64,000 nucleotides of DNA from Diadema antillarum (Eukaryota), in assembly GCF_040938485.1 (NCBI RefSeq), contig NW_027270941.1:620001-684000 (forward strand), in the 5' to 3' direction. Position 1 is the stretch's first letter; every line of letters begins with the position of its first letter. Under the pieces are notes generated by a model, which worked only from the letters and a program-made list of their open reading frames with translations, made no database searches and was not told the DNA's origin. Shown here piece after piece: positions 1-12,000 of the stretch. The translations under genes were made by a program, and so were the position numbers.

Positions 1-46
1 TTTGAACGAGAAAACATACACACATTCCCACACAACGCCAACATGG

Positions 47-80
<34 letters not shown>

Positions 81-299
81 TGCCTTCAGCCTTCAGCCCT
101 CAGGTTTCAGGTTTTATTCACACTTGAATAACTCTGCCGTGTAAATTGCCATTTTGCTTCTCATACAGTATAATACTTCCTAATCATAATGTGGAAGTGA
201 TGTGGAAAAGGTAGAAGCAATAGAGAGGAAAAAACTGACAACGATGTGACAATAACTCGCATATACATGTACGGTAAATTCAAAACAGAAAAAGATAAT

Positions 300-1240
300 C
301 ACATAGGACTATCGTCCTCGGTATTCCTCATTATATTCCCACTTTGACAAATGCATTCCAACTGTTCCTCTTTTCCTCGCTATCTTATTTTCTTCTTCTT
401 TACACATCTTGAAATACTTCATAACATCATTAAAATTTGGTACCTCCCCTTCTGATCTCGCTAAATATAAGACATCTTTAATCATCAATATGATTGTATC
501 CCATCCTTTGATTTTTAACGAGTTTCCGGATATACCTGTATAAACAACTTCCCAATTCATATTTCCTAATTTTTCTAAATTAAATTTCTGAATAATAATT
601 CGCCACAAATCCTGCACCACACTCCCAAAATAAATGTGAATATGTCTCAGTGCTCTTTTTGCAGAAAGAAAAGAGATCATCTGAAACAAACGCAAATCTC
701 AACAGATTAACTTTTGTATAAAGTGCACCATGAAGAAGTTTAAATTGAAATTCCCTACGCTTTCGGATAAGAGTTGTGACTCTGGGTGGGAGAAAAATAT
801 CTTGGATTACTTTTGGGGAGAAGACAAAATTACTCTGTTGATCTCATATTTCCAATGTATACAAATGCTGTAAATCAGTTAAAAATGCGCGTAAATCTTT
901 TTCGAAGGTATGTCACCAATCCTATTTTCTTTTCCATGTAATTTTAACCAAATATCATACACTTGAAAAGGTTTAGTATTGCCCCAGGATAAACTAAACC
1001 GTCCACTTTTCAGAATTACACCATAAATCCTCCAAACATATTCAATTTCCTCACTACATAACCCTGCTTTTTGAATACAAATAATCGGCCGTATAACTTT
1101 TCCATCAAAATAATGACATAATCTATAAATATTTTTCCTGACAAGATTTTCGTTATATATCATTTTACCTTTCAATAAAATATATTATTAAATACTATAT
1201 GATTCATATGTCCTTCTAAATCTTTCAGACTTCCCAAAGC
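300..1240 (-). mobile_element. Degenerate 3' fragment of an L1/Tx1-clade LINE (ORF2 C-terminus with zf-RVT-like region)
   Basis: Minus-strand translation around 640-800 gives REFQFKLLHGALYTKVNLLRF...DDLFSFCKKSTETYSHLFWEC (zf-RVT-like). ORF 309-695 ends with ILMIKDVLYLARS...KEEENKIARKRGTVGMHLSKWE, typical of L1/Tx1 ORF2 ends. Frameshifted; boundaries approximate. Confidence 0.8.
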
Positions 1241-1282
1241 TCAATCTTCCCAAGTAAACGCCTGGACAAGTGTGCGCGCACT

Positions 1283-2560
1283 CACACAACACACACACAC
1301 ACACACACACACGCACTCACGCAACAAGAGAAGAGAATGAGAAAGAGGAAGAGGAGAAATCACGAACTTTACCGTCATAGAGACATAAATGATGGAACCT
1401 GCAGCTGCAAGAGGAAAGAATAATGAAAGAAAAAAATAAAATAAAACCATGTTTAGACCTATTCTACAATCATGCCGAATAATCTATATCAGTATCCATT
1501 CTTTCAAATCATCTGCTAAGTCAAATTAATTCATATTATCACCAGAATATTGCGAAAGAAATATATTTTTAAGCTTACGTTTGAATGTATATACCAACAG
1601 GGATTTCGTCGTAGTTCACTATCTAAAGAATTTCATAATTTGGGGCCATTGTAAATAAAAGTATTCTGCAATATTCATAACCTAGTTTTCGGTATATGAA
1701 ACATAACACTCTCTCGTGTGGGATATCTACGTATTTCTTTATTTGTCTTAAATGAAAACTCCAAAACTTCATGCAAAACACAATTATTCAAATTATACAT
1801 CAAAACTCCTAATTTCATTGAATACAAGTTCATTTACTATTTAAGAAAAGCGGATCAATATGTGTGTATAATTTACATCCACAAATACATCTTAAAATTC
1901 TTTTTTGAACAACCAATAACTTATCCATATTCGTCGTAGCTGAGATTTCCCACGCTAATATTCCATGATTTAAATATGGCAAAATCATAGTTGAATACAA
2001 AATTAGTACTGAGTAATATCTTAATGGGAAAAAACGGTTTTAATCTAAAAATAACACCTGCATTTCTTATTCAAATAAACGAGGTGAGTGTTCCAATTCA
2101 AATGATCGTCAATAAAAGCCCCCAAAATTTTGTTGAATGTACACGGCGTGTTCTATATGTAAAAGTGTTTTATTAATAATTGTTATTTGTCCAGTAAAAA
2201 TTCTGAAAAGTTACTATATAAATAACATGGATGCTATAATAACTTGAAATAGGCCCTGATGGTGCTATTATTGTATTTGTGCGTCGGTGTAATCTCATCT
2301 ATTTGTGTTTTGGGTCCAATCTTTTGTCAGTGTAGCCCATTTACCAATAAGTATAGGCTAGGGGTCTTCCATGGAGTCCTGTATAATATTGATGAACATA
2401 GATTATTTCTATGAAGGCGTACAGTAAATTCCATAACGTATGTACAGAAAAAAATAAAGCCATTCGGCCTTGCAAAGTAATATAAAACAATAAGAATGCC
2501 GAATATCAATTAAGTCGCTATCATGTGCAGGATCGATTAGATATCACAGAATAAATTTGG
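1283..2560 (-). mobile_element. 5'-truncated L2/CR1-group LINE fragment (RT C-terminus, 3' UTR, (TG)n tail)
   Basis: Minus-strand peptides FWGLFIDDHLNWNTHL (~2080-2140), LYSTMILPYLNHGILAWE...KLLVVQKRILRCICGCKLYTHIDPLF (~1840-2000) and YNGPKL*NSLDSELRR...FKRKLK (~1560-1660). Microsatellite at 1283-1320 lies at the 3' end. Confidence 0.75.
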
Positions 2561-2582
2561 TAGAGTTACGTTGCTTTGTTTA

Positions 2583-2946
2583 GGCTACGGTCACAACTCA
2601 GAGCGACAACCGACCGATTTGTAGCCTGTTCGGTCGCCGCTGAAATTTTGGTGATGTCGAGCAGGCTATAAAAACCCCCAGCGATACCAGAGCGATGCCC
2701 TGCCAATTTCTCGTCGATCATCGGTCGATTTCAGGTTAAAAAAAGCAGTCACCGAGCGATGCCCCGTTAGCAACTGGATGATCTCCCAACTATGGCAACG
2801 GGCCGATTTTTACGAAATCGCTCAGAGTCCGACGGGTGATCGATAGGTCATCTACCGGTAACCTGTAGGCGTACCGGCGGCGACCCGCCGGTCTCTGCCG
2901 GAAATTTCTCACGAATTACCTCGGTTTATTCATAATGATTTGTGAA
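2583..2946. mobile_element. Truncated Harbinger-like MITE
   Basis: Starts TTA|GGCTACGGTCACAA, similar to the TTA|GGCTGGGTTCACA terminus at 29295. The interior is GC-rich with recurring gagcgat/tcggtcg motifs. Only a remnant (TTGTGA, ~2940) of a right TIR is visible. Confidence 0.4.
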
Positions 2947-3475
2947 GTGATAATTAATCAATTGATTGAGGCAGAAGATCCAAGAGTTAAATTACCAACT
3001 ATAAACCTCACCTATGTGAAACCACAGATGAGTAAAAATTAGGAAATCAAACAAAAGGGAGCAAAAGCCAAGATGGAACAAAGATTAGAATAGACTAGAA
3101 TTTTCCAAAATATCTTGTTTGTTTCTACATTTCACAGTATTTCTGCATTCCTATTTATTTTTATATTTTCATTTTCCCATATCTTGTCATTCATTTCTTC
3201 TTCATTCAATAGTCCTTTAATAAATAATATAACCAAACCATTTATTAGTAAGTCTACATACTGACACTAACTTTTAGCTTTCATCTCTTTTGCCCCAAAG
3301 TGGTTGTCCCTGTCTTCCATGTCCCTCATGTTGGTTGCCGAGATGTTGAGATGTTGAGATGTTGGTGGAGTTTCCTTGCCTCTATCCCTACCCCTGCTTC
3401 TTCCACACTGCCCTGGATATTCTTATTATTTGTGTATGCCTTCCCAGAAAAGGGCTCCGACTACTATTCATTAAA

Positions 3476-3700
3476 TCGAAAATACCAGTATTCAAACAAA
3501 ACGATCAATGCGTTAATTTACGAGTAATTGCATATTGAATCTATACAAGTGTCATGTAAAAATGGACAAGAGAAGTAGACTTGACTCGAAAATGCCGATA
3601 TTCAAAACAAAAGATCAATGCGTTGATTCCCAAGTAATTGCATATTAAATCGACGAGAATCATGTAAAACTACAAAAGAGGTAGATTCCACTAGTTTAGT
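3476..3700 (+). repeat. Diverged two-copy tandem repeat, period ~111 bp
   Basis: Units start tcgaaaataccagtattcaaacaaaacgatcaatgcg (3476) and tcgaaaatgccgatattcaaaacaaaagatcaatgcg (3587) and continue through gtaattgcatatt and catgtaaaa. Confidence 0.7.
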
Positions 3701-5650
3701 ATTGATGACATTTTCCGTCACTTGCTTTAGCAAATATATACGTGTAATCGGAAATATAGCTTCATTTTTAAGAGGCAGAAAAGAAAAGAGGTACGCGAAT
3801 AATGTTTTGCGGGAAAACCTATTAAAATTTAATGATAACAACTTATTCAATCATACCTTGAAAAATACACCTTTTCATTCATTTGAATGCACAACATTCA
3901 AATCATTACGAGCAATGGTTCCCGACATAAACCCCTGTAATTTCATATTGTATCGCCAAGTGCGACGAAAAAAGGTTAAAAAAAAGAATGTTGACTTGAT
4001 TGCTTGGTGAATTTAGTTGATGTAATCTTCTGCTATAGACACGCAAAATACTTGCCAATGAAATTTCCTCCTTCCTACTAGATGCAGGAAAGAAGACAGA
4101 TGCTTGAATGTAAGTACGTGCTCTACAGAGGACACGTGATATTGAAATCTGATGATAACGAACATGCCACAAAAAAAAAACCAAAAAAAAATCCCGTTTT
4201 CCTCAAATATATAAAGCACTCCGTCCAAATAAGTTTCCGAGGTCGTTTCTCTACGTTACCTTTTTAGACCCGAATGGGAATTTATAAGACAAGAAAGAAA
4301 TACTCGTCGCCATGATGTATCCTGGTTGTTGGCATCTTCACTGCGAAGGAGTATCCGACAAAGGGCAATGATGATGATGATGATGTAACTGAAATTGGAT
4401 TTGTCTCCATTTTGTACGTTTTTGCTGAGATCATGGAGTAGCTCCATGCTGAGATATCGTCTTAATTACTTTATGCCTAGATAAAACTGTTCGGTTTGTG
4501 AAATTAAACTGTTTGCACTATTTTTTTGATGATTTATTTCTTTTTTTGCTGGGATGCCGCATCTTCGACTATAATTCTGCACTAAGTGGGCTGTGAGAGA
4601 TGTTCAAAAGGACCGCAAAGCTTACATATCGATCTTACTCCCGTTATCTTGTTTCGAATCGCGACGCTCTCATTGGAGGAAGAGGGGAAAGAGGTTTAGT
4701 TACCACCTGATCCAATTTATCTTATTGTTTGTTTCTTTTATGATCTTTACCAGCGCGTCGATCTGATGAAGATCCGTTTATATTAGACGGCACCAACACG
4801 CTAACACTAGACACCAACCTGTTCTCTTCCACCACCAGTGAATCCTCATCGCTTCTCCATCTAAAAGCTCTCCATCACCGGAGCGGCTATTCCTCTTGCT
4901 CGACGCAGAGAGCAGTCTCTACAGATTGACATCCTGTACTGACTTCCTCGAGTGGGCAGCATCAGCGAATTTGACGTAAATATTTTCTAATAGGCCTTAT
5001 TGATTTTTTCTTTGAAAAATGTTTTTATGAGCACGCTATGATAAACGAGATTTTGACATGGCTAGCATTGAAACAGAATTAAAGGAAAATTATTTTCGAC
5101 CACAGCTTTTGCGTTTTCAGTTACTCAGTAAATGATATACATATGAATAATATACATTCGAAAAGAAAACGTATGTAATATTGTATATGATTATGTACAT
5201 CTTTATACAAAATAAATATGTATTCCGATAGGATTTTGCTGATGCCGATCTCCTCATTAACATGTTATATTGGTGTGTCGCAGTGGAATTGAAGTGGCGT
5301 CATTTTCACTACTGAGCTGAGATTTCTTACGTCGATGTTTTTGTCTTATTCCGCAGCAAATCAGTGCAATAAAAACCTGTTAATAAGCGAAGCTTCTACA
5401 GTGTTTCCGATTGAGCTTTCAAAACTGATATGAAACAAAGAAAGTACGATGCCTGTTTATGCCCTCCACGTTTTAGGTGTTATTAATAAATGGGATAAAA
5501 TCTAATGTATAGCATGTCAGAAGTTTCATCAAAATCAGACTTTACATGAGAAAGTCTTGAAGTTATAATTTTCCCAGAAAAGTGATACAGCTGTGCCTCA
5601 AGTTTGCTGTCGACCACAAATAGATATAAGCTGAGGTGACGTGTCATTAA

Positions 5651-5808
5651 CCCGTTCCTTACGGGAAGATGGTATACCAGGTTCCCGTGGGAACAACTGA
5701 TATACGGGAACCTGGTATACCAGGTTCCCAAAATGAAGACAAGAGTGCCTGCTTTAGTGGCCTAAATTCATTTAACTTTTATAGTGTTAAAATTCCCAGA
5801 AAAATGGG
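5651..5808. mobile_element. Possible tiny piggyBac-like MITE containing a perfect palindrome
   Basis: TTAA|CCCGTT at the left and AATGGG|TTTAA at the right. Internal perfect 24-bp palindrome GGGAACCTGGTATACCAGGTTCCC (5706-5729) and an 18-bp inverted repeat (5671-5688 vs 5704-5721). Confidence 0.35.
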
Positions 5809-6199
5809 TTTAATAAAAAGATCCTGAGTTTATTCTATCAGCATTTGTTCTCCTTCTGTTTGAAAAATGCGTATTTTACAGTATTGTGTACCTTTTTCCT
5901 GATTTAGTTTTCGCTTGTTCTGCTGTAAACTCGTACGAACATGTACATAGCGATCAAGGCTGTGATCAGTTAGATATTTTTGTTCGCTGACACCAGTCAC
6001 CCCATTCAGGTACCTGGTTTTGTGTAAAACAAAAGATTCTGTGAGCTCATCAGCGTACGCTCTATTCATACCTCGCACCCGATCGATGTTTCAATTGTTC
6101 ACTTGCACATGTAGTTGACCGTGGAAAGGGGGTTTACAATGCACCGCTTGACTGCCTTCACACAGGTGGATTACCAACCTGTCTGCCTCTCTGTCGGCG

Positions 6200-9100
6200 G
6201 GCAAAAAGAATCTCGTTTTGAGAATTGCGGAAGGAACGGGTTATATGACAACTTGTTTGCATTGCTGTGTCACCAATACAAGAATATAATTACAATCCTT
6301 GAAATAACCCAATATAACCTGAAAGATCTGCTATAGGTCTTTGCAACGCAAATATAATTTGACGCAAATGATCGTTTCTGTCCTATGATATCGTTTCTGT
6401 ATACACCCGCTGAACAAGACTTGGTTACTGATTGTACATGAGTGAAAATTATTGAAAGAAACGTGATAATTAGCGAGAAAATGTCGTCGCAAAAAGCAAA
6501 CAACAAGAGGACGACTTCGCCCGAGTTCCCTGGTCGGCCCCAGCTCAGAAAAGCCCACCAGCCTGGCTGGTCAGTCAAGTGTAATGCCCCGAAGACGCTC
6601 GAGGAGATAAGCGAGAATCTTGAACCCAGAATAAAGAGCGCATTGTGTTCGGACGACGTGCTTGAAAAGATTAAGTCTGTAATAATGGAGGCAATCGTGG
6701 AGAAGGTGACACAGGATGTGTACGAGGCTCTGACGCACGATCTGTCCAACATCAAACTGGAACAGGAAAGAATGAGCGAAAACATCAAAGGGATTACAAA
6801 GGAAATTGAAAAACTCAGAGAAAACCTTGATGACTTTGAGCAATATGGCCGAAGAGAGTCCCTCCGCTTTTTTCGGTGTGCCTGAAAAGCAATCGGAAGA
6901 CACAGATAGCGTCATACACTGTACGTGACGTAGTCCAGCAACACCTCGACATTCTTCTAGGAGAAGGACATTGCTCGTAGCCATCGAATCACTCCAAAAC
7001 CTGGTAACAGCAGCCATGGGGGAGGACCGAAGCCGATCATAGTCAGATTCGCCACCTACAACATCCGTCGCAACATCTACGAAGCCAAATCCAAGCTGAA
7101 GGGGTCTAACATCTTCATACAGGAGGATCTGACGCCGTTCAAGAGGGATCTGATCAACAAGGCGAGGAAGATGTCATCGGTGAAGCGAGTCTGGTCCAGT
7201 GACGGCCGCATCATCGCCCTTCGATCTGCCCCTGATGGTTATGAGAAAAAGGTAGTGGTTAGGAACGTCAGTGACCTAGCTCTACTTGAGTAAGAGCATG
7301 CACAAGGTTGATAGAACTTTGCACTTCGTTTACAACCTAAATGAAGAACATATACCCATGCATTGTTTGTGAAAAGAACGTCAAGGAAAATCAAAACGCT
7401 TTCCTTAGTGTTGCATGCCTACAATGGTGTAATTTGCCCAGTTCTGGTGAGGATAGAAAAATTTGTTAACACGGATAAAGATTATATGTCGTAAATGTTA
7501 CTTTGCAGAACTTCCGGTAGAAATTTTTGATATTCAGCCTGAAGATGAACTCCGAGAAGAAGCGAACACTCCCGAATTGTCCCCAACAGCGAACTTCACT
7601 GTCATCCCAGTTCCCGAATCTGTCGAGGAAGAAATAGACATGATAAGAGAGGAAAAGGGATTCAAAATAATGCATCTTAATTGTTTATCACTAACAAAAA
7701 AACATTGATGAACTGCGACATCTTGTCAAGAAAATGAACATTGATATATTTACCCTTAGTGAAACTCACTTATGATTTGATTGAAGATGGTGAAATTCAT
7801 ATTGCATGACCGGCGGAGCCGTGGGGGGCCGTGGGGGCTCGCCCCCCCCCCCCCCACTTTTTGTGCACGTTACAAAGGAATACATAAGGTGTTTTTTTTT
7901 CTTTGCTTGTTAACTCATGAAACCCGGATGTGGGCCCCCAATACGCTCCGTCGGCCCTGTATCGATTCGTATTACCTCATCCGTAAAGATAGAACACGTG
8001 CAGGAGGAGGAGTTGCTGTCTATATCAAGAATACAATTGTATGTAAAGAATGACATGATTTGCCTAAAAAATGACTTAGAAATGATAATTTTAGAGGTTA
8101 TACTGTCCAGTACAAACCCATTCTACGTAATTGTATGGTATAGGCCGCCAAATTCAACAATATCCACTTTAAACTCATTTGAAAATGTTTGAACTCATTT
8201 GAAAAAACTGGATGATATTAAGTGTGATTATATTGTACTATAGGCGATGTGAATTGTGATTAGAAAACCGTAAATCATGGCAAACTGAATGTCTTGTAAA
8301 TCTAATCAACAATTTTAGTCTTGCTCAATGTATTCAGTCACCCACCAGAGTAACAAAATAGACCAGTAATCTTATAGATTGGATCTTGACAAACAATCGT
8401 GACAAAATTGTTTCAGCTAAAGTTATTCCTGTCACAATGAGTGATCATTACGCCTATTATTGTACTTGGGGTGAACGTAAATCATCACAAGATTATATGC
8501 ATAACTATCTTAGACGTTTAAATTTACCTGGTTTTTATGAAGATATTGCCAAACTTACTTTGGAAGACGTCTTGAATGAGACCGATGTCGAAAAAGCGTA
8601 TGATGCCTTTGAAAAAAAGTTTTACTGAAATTTTAAATAAACATGCTCCTTTAAAAAAGAAACGAGTAAAAAACGAAGAATCACCATGGATTAATGATAA
8701 CATACTACAAATAATACGTGAGCGAAATAAGCAAAAGCAAAAAGCCAAGGAGTCTAATCTGGATAAGGATTGGAAACTGTATAGAAAACTTTGTAACAGA
8801 GTAACTTCTCAAATACGAGTTGCAAAGAGACATTATATCTTAAACTCAATAGAATCATGCAAGGGGCAATCAGGAGACATGTGGAAATCATTACAATACG
8901 TACTTCCCAAGAAAAATAAATCATGTGCAATCACTCAGATTAAACATGAAGGTAACGATGTGAGTGATAAAAAGAAAAAGCTGAGTTATTCAATTCACAT
9001 TTTGTAAGTATTGGCAAAAAGATCCAAGTTAACATTAAAATCAGTTCAGATAAAGATTGTATAATGATAAGCAAACCACTTCAAGTGCAAATACAAATTT

Positions 9101-11010
9101 ATTCCATTTCAGTGAAATTTGTGAAAGCGAAGTTTTAGATATCATTAAAACTTACAAGTAAAATGCAGGTGGACTAGATAACATAGGCCTACCTGTATCA
9201 ATAGTGCAGCAGACAGCATCTTACATTGTTAAACCATTAGTTTACGAGTATATCATTAATTTGTCTCTCACTCAAGGAACGGTACCTGTGCCATGCAAGT
9301 TATTTATGAGTAACTCCAATATTTAAGGGAGGAGACAAATTAGATCTGGGAAACTATAGGCCAATATCAGTTCTGAATGTGTTTACAAAAATGTTAAAAA
9401 AAAAAATCATTTTCGGACAATTATATGGATACCTTAAACAACACTCATTATTATGTAGAAATCAATTTGGATTCAGACCAAAGCACTCCACGGAGACGGC
9501 ACTTATAAATGTAACACAAAATTGGGCTGATTGTCTCGATAAAGGAAACGCATTTGGAATACTTACCCTCGATTTTCAAAAGGCATTCGACACTGTTGAT
9601 CACGATTTGTTGCTTTCCAAACTCAAACGTTTGGGGATTAGAGAAATATCACTAAAATGGTTCCACAGTTACTTAACGAACCGGCACAATGTACTGTAGT
9701 TAACGGTATATCGTCTACAATGCAACCGATCGAGTGTGGTATTCCACAGGGTAGCAACCTCGGCCCACTGCTCTTTGTTATATACGTTAACGATATGTCA
9801 ACTTGTTTGAAGGATTGTAACATCTCTTTGTACGCCGACAACACGTTAATAATTTATGCGCAAGGTAAGAATGCAAATAGTGTTGTCGATACATTGAATA
9901 CGGAACTTAAATTAGTGGATGTAGGGCTTAATGATAACAAATTAGCACTGAATGCGAAGAAATGTGAATTTCTGATTATAGGTTCGAGGAAACGAATCAA
10001 ACAAGCTGTGGTTCCAAGCGTTTATAGTACAAAAACAAATTCAGCGAGTACGAAAATGTAAATACTTAGGGGTTATGTTAGACGAACATTTGGACTGGAC
10101 TGCTCAAACAGAATCTGTTATCAAAAAGGCGAATAAGGACATTTATTTACTTAAGAGGATTAATAAGGCTTTTATAAATCAAAAGGTAGCATTGGTGTTT
10201 TATAAGTCCGTAATTCAGTCTAAATTTGATTATTATGATATTGTTTGGGGGACTTTGGGGATAGGACTAAAGAACAGACTTCAAAAGCAACAAAATCGTG
10301 CCCTTGTTATGGGCCTAAACTGGGAATATCCCTCCGAATTTATATATCGTGAACTGAAAATTGATAAACTTGAAATTCGGAGGAAAAAGCGAATTCTTTA
10401 TACAATGTATAAGATCCCACATGAAATGTTACCTCATGTTATTTGTAAACTTTTTCAATTTAAGAATAATGAGCACAACCTTAGACACCAAATGAGCAAT
10501 TTTCAATAACCAAAAGTTCGTACTGAATTCAAAAAAAGAAGTTGTAGTTCAGTGGGGTAAGACTTCGGAATAGCTTAACGAATGCGATAAAAGGGCTTGG
10601 TTGGAACAACTTCAGGAGACTGGTGAATAATTTCATAACGTCAAACATTTGAGTTTAGTAGACACCGGAGATAAGTATAAATAAGTGGGGGGGGGGGGAT
10701 TATTCTGCAATTAGCTGATTTCATTTGTGTATCTCACTATGACAATTATCTTAAATTTTGTATAATTTCTGATAATTTTGTTCTGTACATATTTGTAGGT
10801 CTTAAGTTTTTGAACTTTTGTTATGCTGTTTTGTTTTGTTTTGTTTTGTTTTGATTTGATTTGTTTCTTTACTCATTTTCAGTTATGTAACTTTTGTATT
10901 GTACAATTCATTGTGTATCGTGTATTTTTAATTCACGGACTGGCTGAAAAACAGCCTCCGGCAGGGCCCGGTATCGTGACAAAATAAAATAATGAATGAA
11001 TGAATGAATG
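6200..11010 (+). mobile_element. Near full-length, inactivated L2/CR1-group LINE (ORF1, APE endonuclease, RT, 3' stem-loop, (TGAA)n tail)
   Basis: ORF1 from ATG 6481 to TAA 7293 (frameshifted ~6870-6960): coiled coil, then KPIIVRFATYNIRRNIYEAKSKLKGSNIFIQEDLT. ORF2 (~7440-10630) has APE motifs (IMHLNCLSL, FTLSETH, RKDRTRAGGGVAVYIK, VWYRPPNS, MSDHYA) and RT motifs (QFGFRPKHSTETAL, LDFQKAFDTVDH, GIPQGSNLGPLLF, LYADNT). Hairpin GGCTG-AAAAA-CAGCC and (TGAA)n end ~11010. Many frameshifts; the 5' boundary is approximate. Confidence 0.92.
7805..7959. mobile_element. 155-bp MITE inserted into the LINE endonuclease domain
   Basis: Imperfect 15-bp TIRs (CATGACCGGCGGAGC vs reverse complement CAGGGCCGACGGAGC), flanked by TATTG/TATCG. 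Removing it plus one flank copy restores DGEIHIDSYYLIRKDR. Confidence 0.75.
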
Positions 11011-11328
11011 AATATTACAAAAGATGTATCAAGTAACAAATTATCGCATGTCTATGCCGAGTTTCAGAAATTGCCTCGATTATTTTACTCAAATATCTTT
11101 TTATATTTCTTGGAAAGCCGCTGCATGTTTTGTGGTTATATCAATATCCTGTCTGAAGGACAACTCGTTGTCAGACAATACACAACAAGGTGGTCAAAGT
11201 TACTTTGAACCATGGTGTAAAACTTGCATGCGTCTTGTGTGTGTCCGTGCAATTTATTTGACGCTATTAAGATTATAAATTCATTTCATCCGATCAGACA
11301 TGTAATCAGGAACTGTTTCAAGATATCA

Positions 11329-11640
11329 GTCGTATCTGTCATAGTGGATAAGACTCTTGACTCCAAATCGGAGGACCCAAGTTCGATTCCCGCCCAGTAC
11401 TTACGTCCTTGTACAAGATGTTTTTACACACCATGTCCCTCTCGACCCAGGTGTATAAAAATGGGTACCTGGCAACGCTAGGGTAATGAAAATGGCAGGG
11501 CCGTAGCAACACTAAAGAGACTACCCTGGATGAATAAGACCCATTATCATTATTGTTGTTATTGTTATCATTATAATAATAATAATTATTATCATTGTTA
11601 TCATCATCATCGTTATCATTAATATCATTATCATTATCAA
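11329..11640 (+). mobile_element. tRNA-derived SINE with conserved central domain and (ATT)n-like tail
   Basis: A-box-like TAGTGGATAAG (11342), anticodon-arm-like cttgactccaaatcggag, B box GTTCGATTCC (11381). Then cgtccttgtacaag...ctctcgacccaggtgtataaaaatgggtacc, resembling CORE/Meta-type SINE bodies. Ends in ATT/ATC simple repeats. Confidence 0.8.
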
Positions 11641-12000
11641 ATCTTTATCATGGAATCAATCAATTAGCACTGGAAAATGAACCGAAAATCACATCGATAT
11701 AATAATATGCATGCGAGTTTGATTGAAATTTTTTATGTCTATGTTGAATCGCAGATTGTCATCATGGATGTTGCTCTGTGGAAGATTGGCGCTCTTTTTC
11801 TCTTCATGATGTCTGCCAATAATTGGCAACACATCGGTGCGGTTGCCCTGACTGAAGTCCACACGCGTAGACCCATCGGCACCAACATGGTCACCTCCAC
11901 GACTGAGATGAAGACAAAAGGCTTCATTTCTCACCACGAGACAAGGTCTCATGCTCCTCTATCTGACGGCAAGCTAGCCTTTTAGGTCCAAACTGAAGTG

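Noticed and set aside
1241-1450. Short ORFs containing CVCVCV or THTHTH runs here and at 25088, 35921, 37060, 38858, 58837
   Set aside because: Translations of (CA)n/(TG)n microsatellites.
6270-7017. Minus-strand ORFs of 172 and 148 aa
   Set aside because: Antisense shadows of LINE ORF1 with no independent motifs.
7440-10630. Active LINE or programmed frameshifting in ORF2
   Set aside because: Numerous frameshifts, stops and a MITE insertion indicate decay; some homopolymer indels may be sequencing errors.
11329-11400. tRNA gene (Trp-like anticodon arm)
   Set aside because: The acceptor stem does not pair, and the sequence runs on into a SINE body and simple-repeat tail; it is a SINE head.
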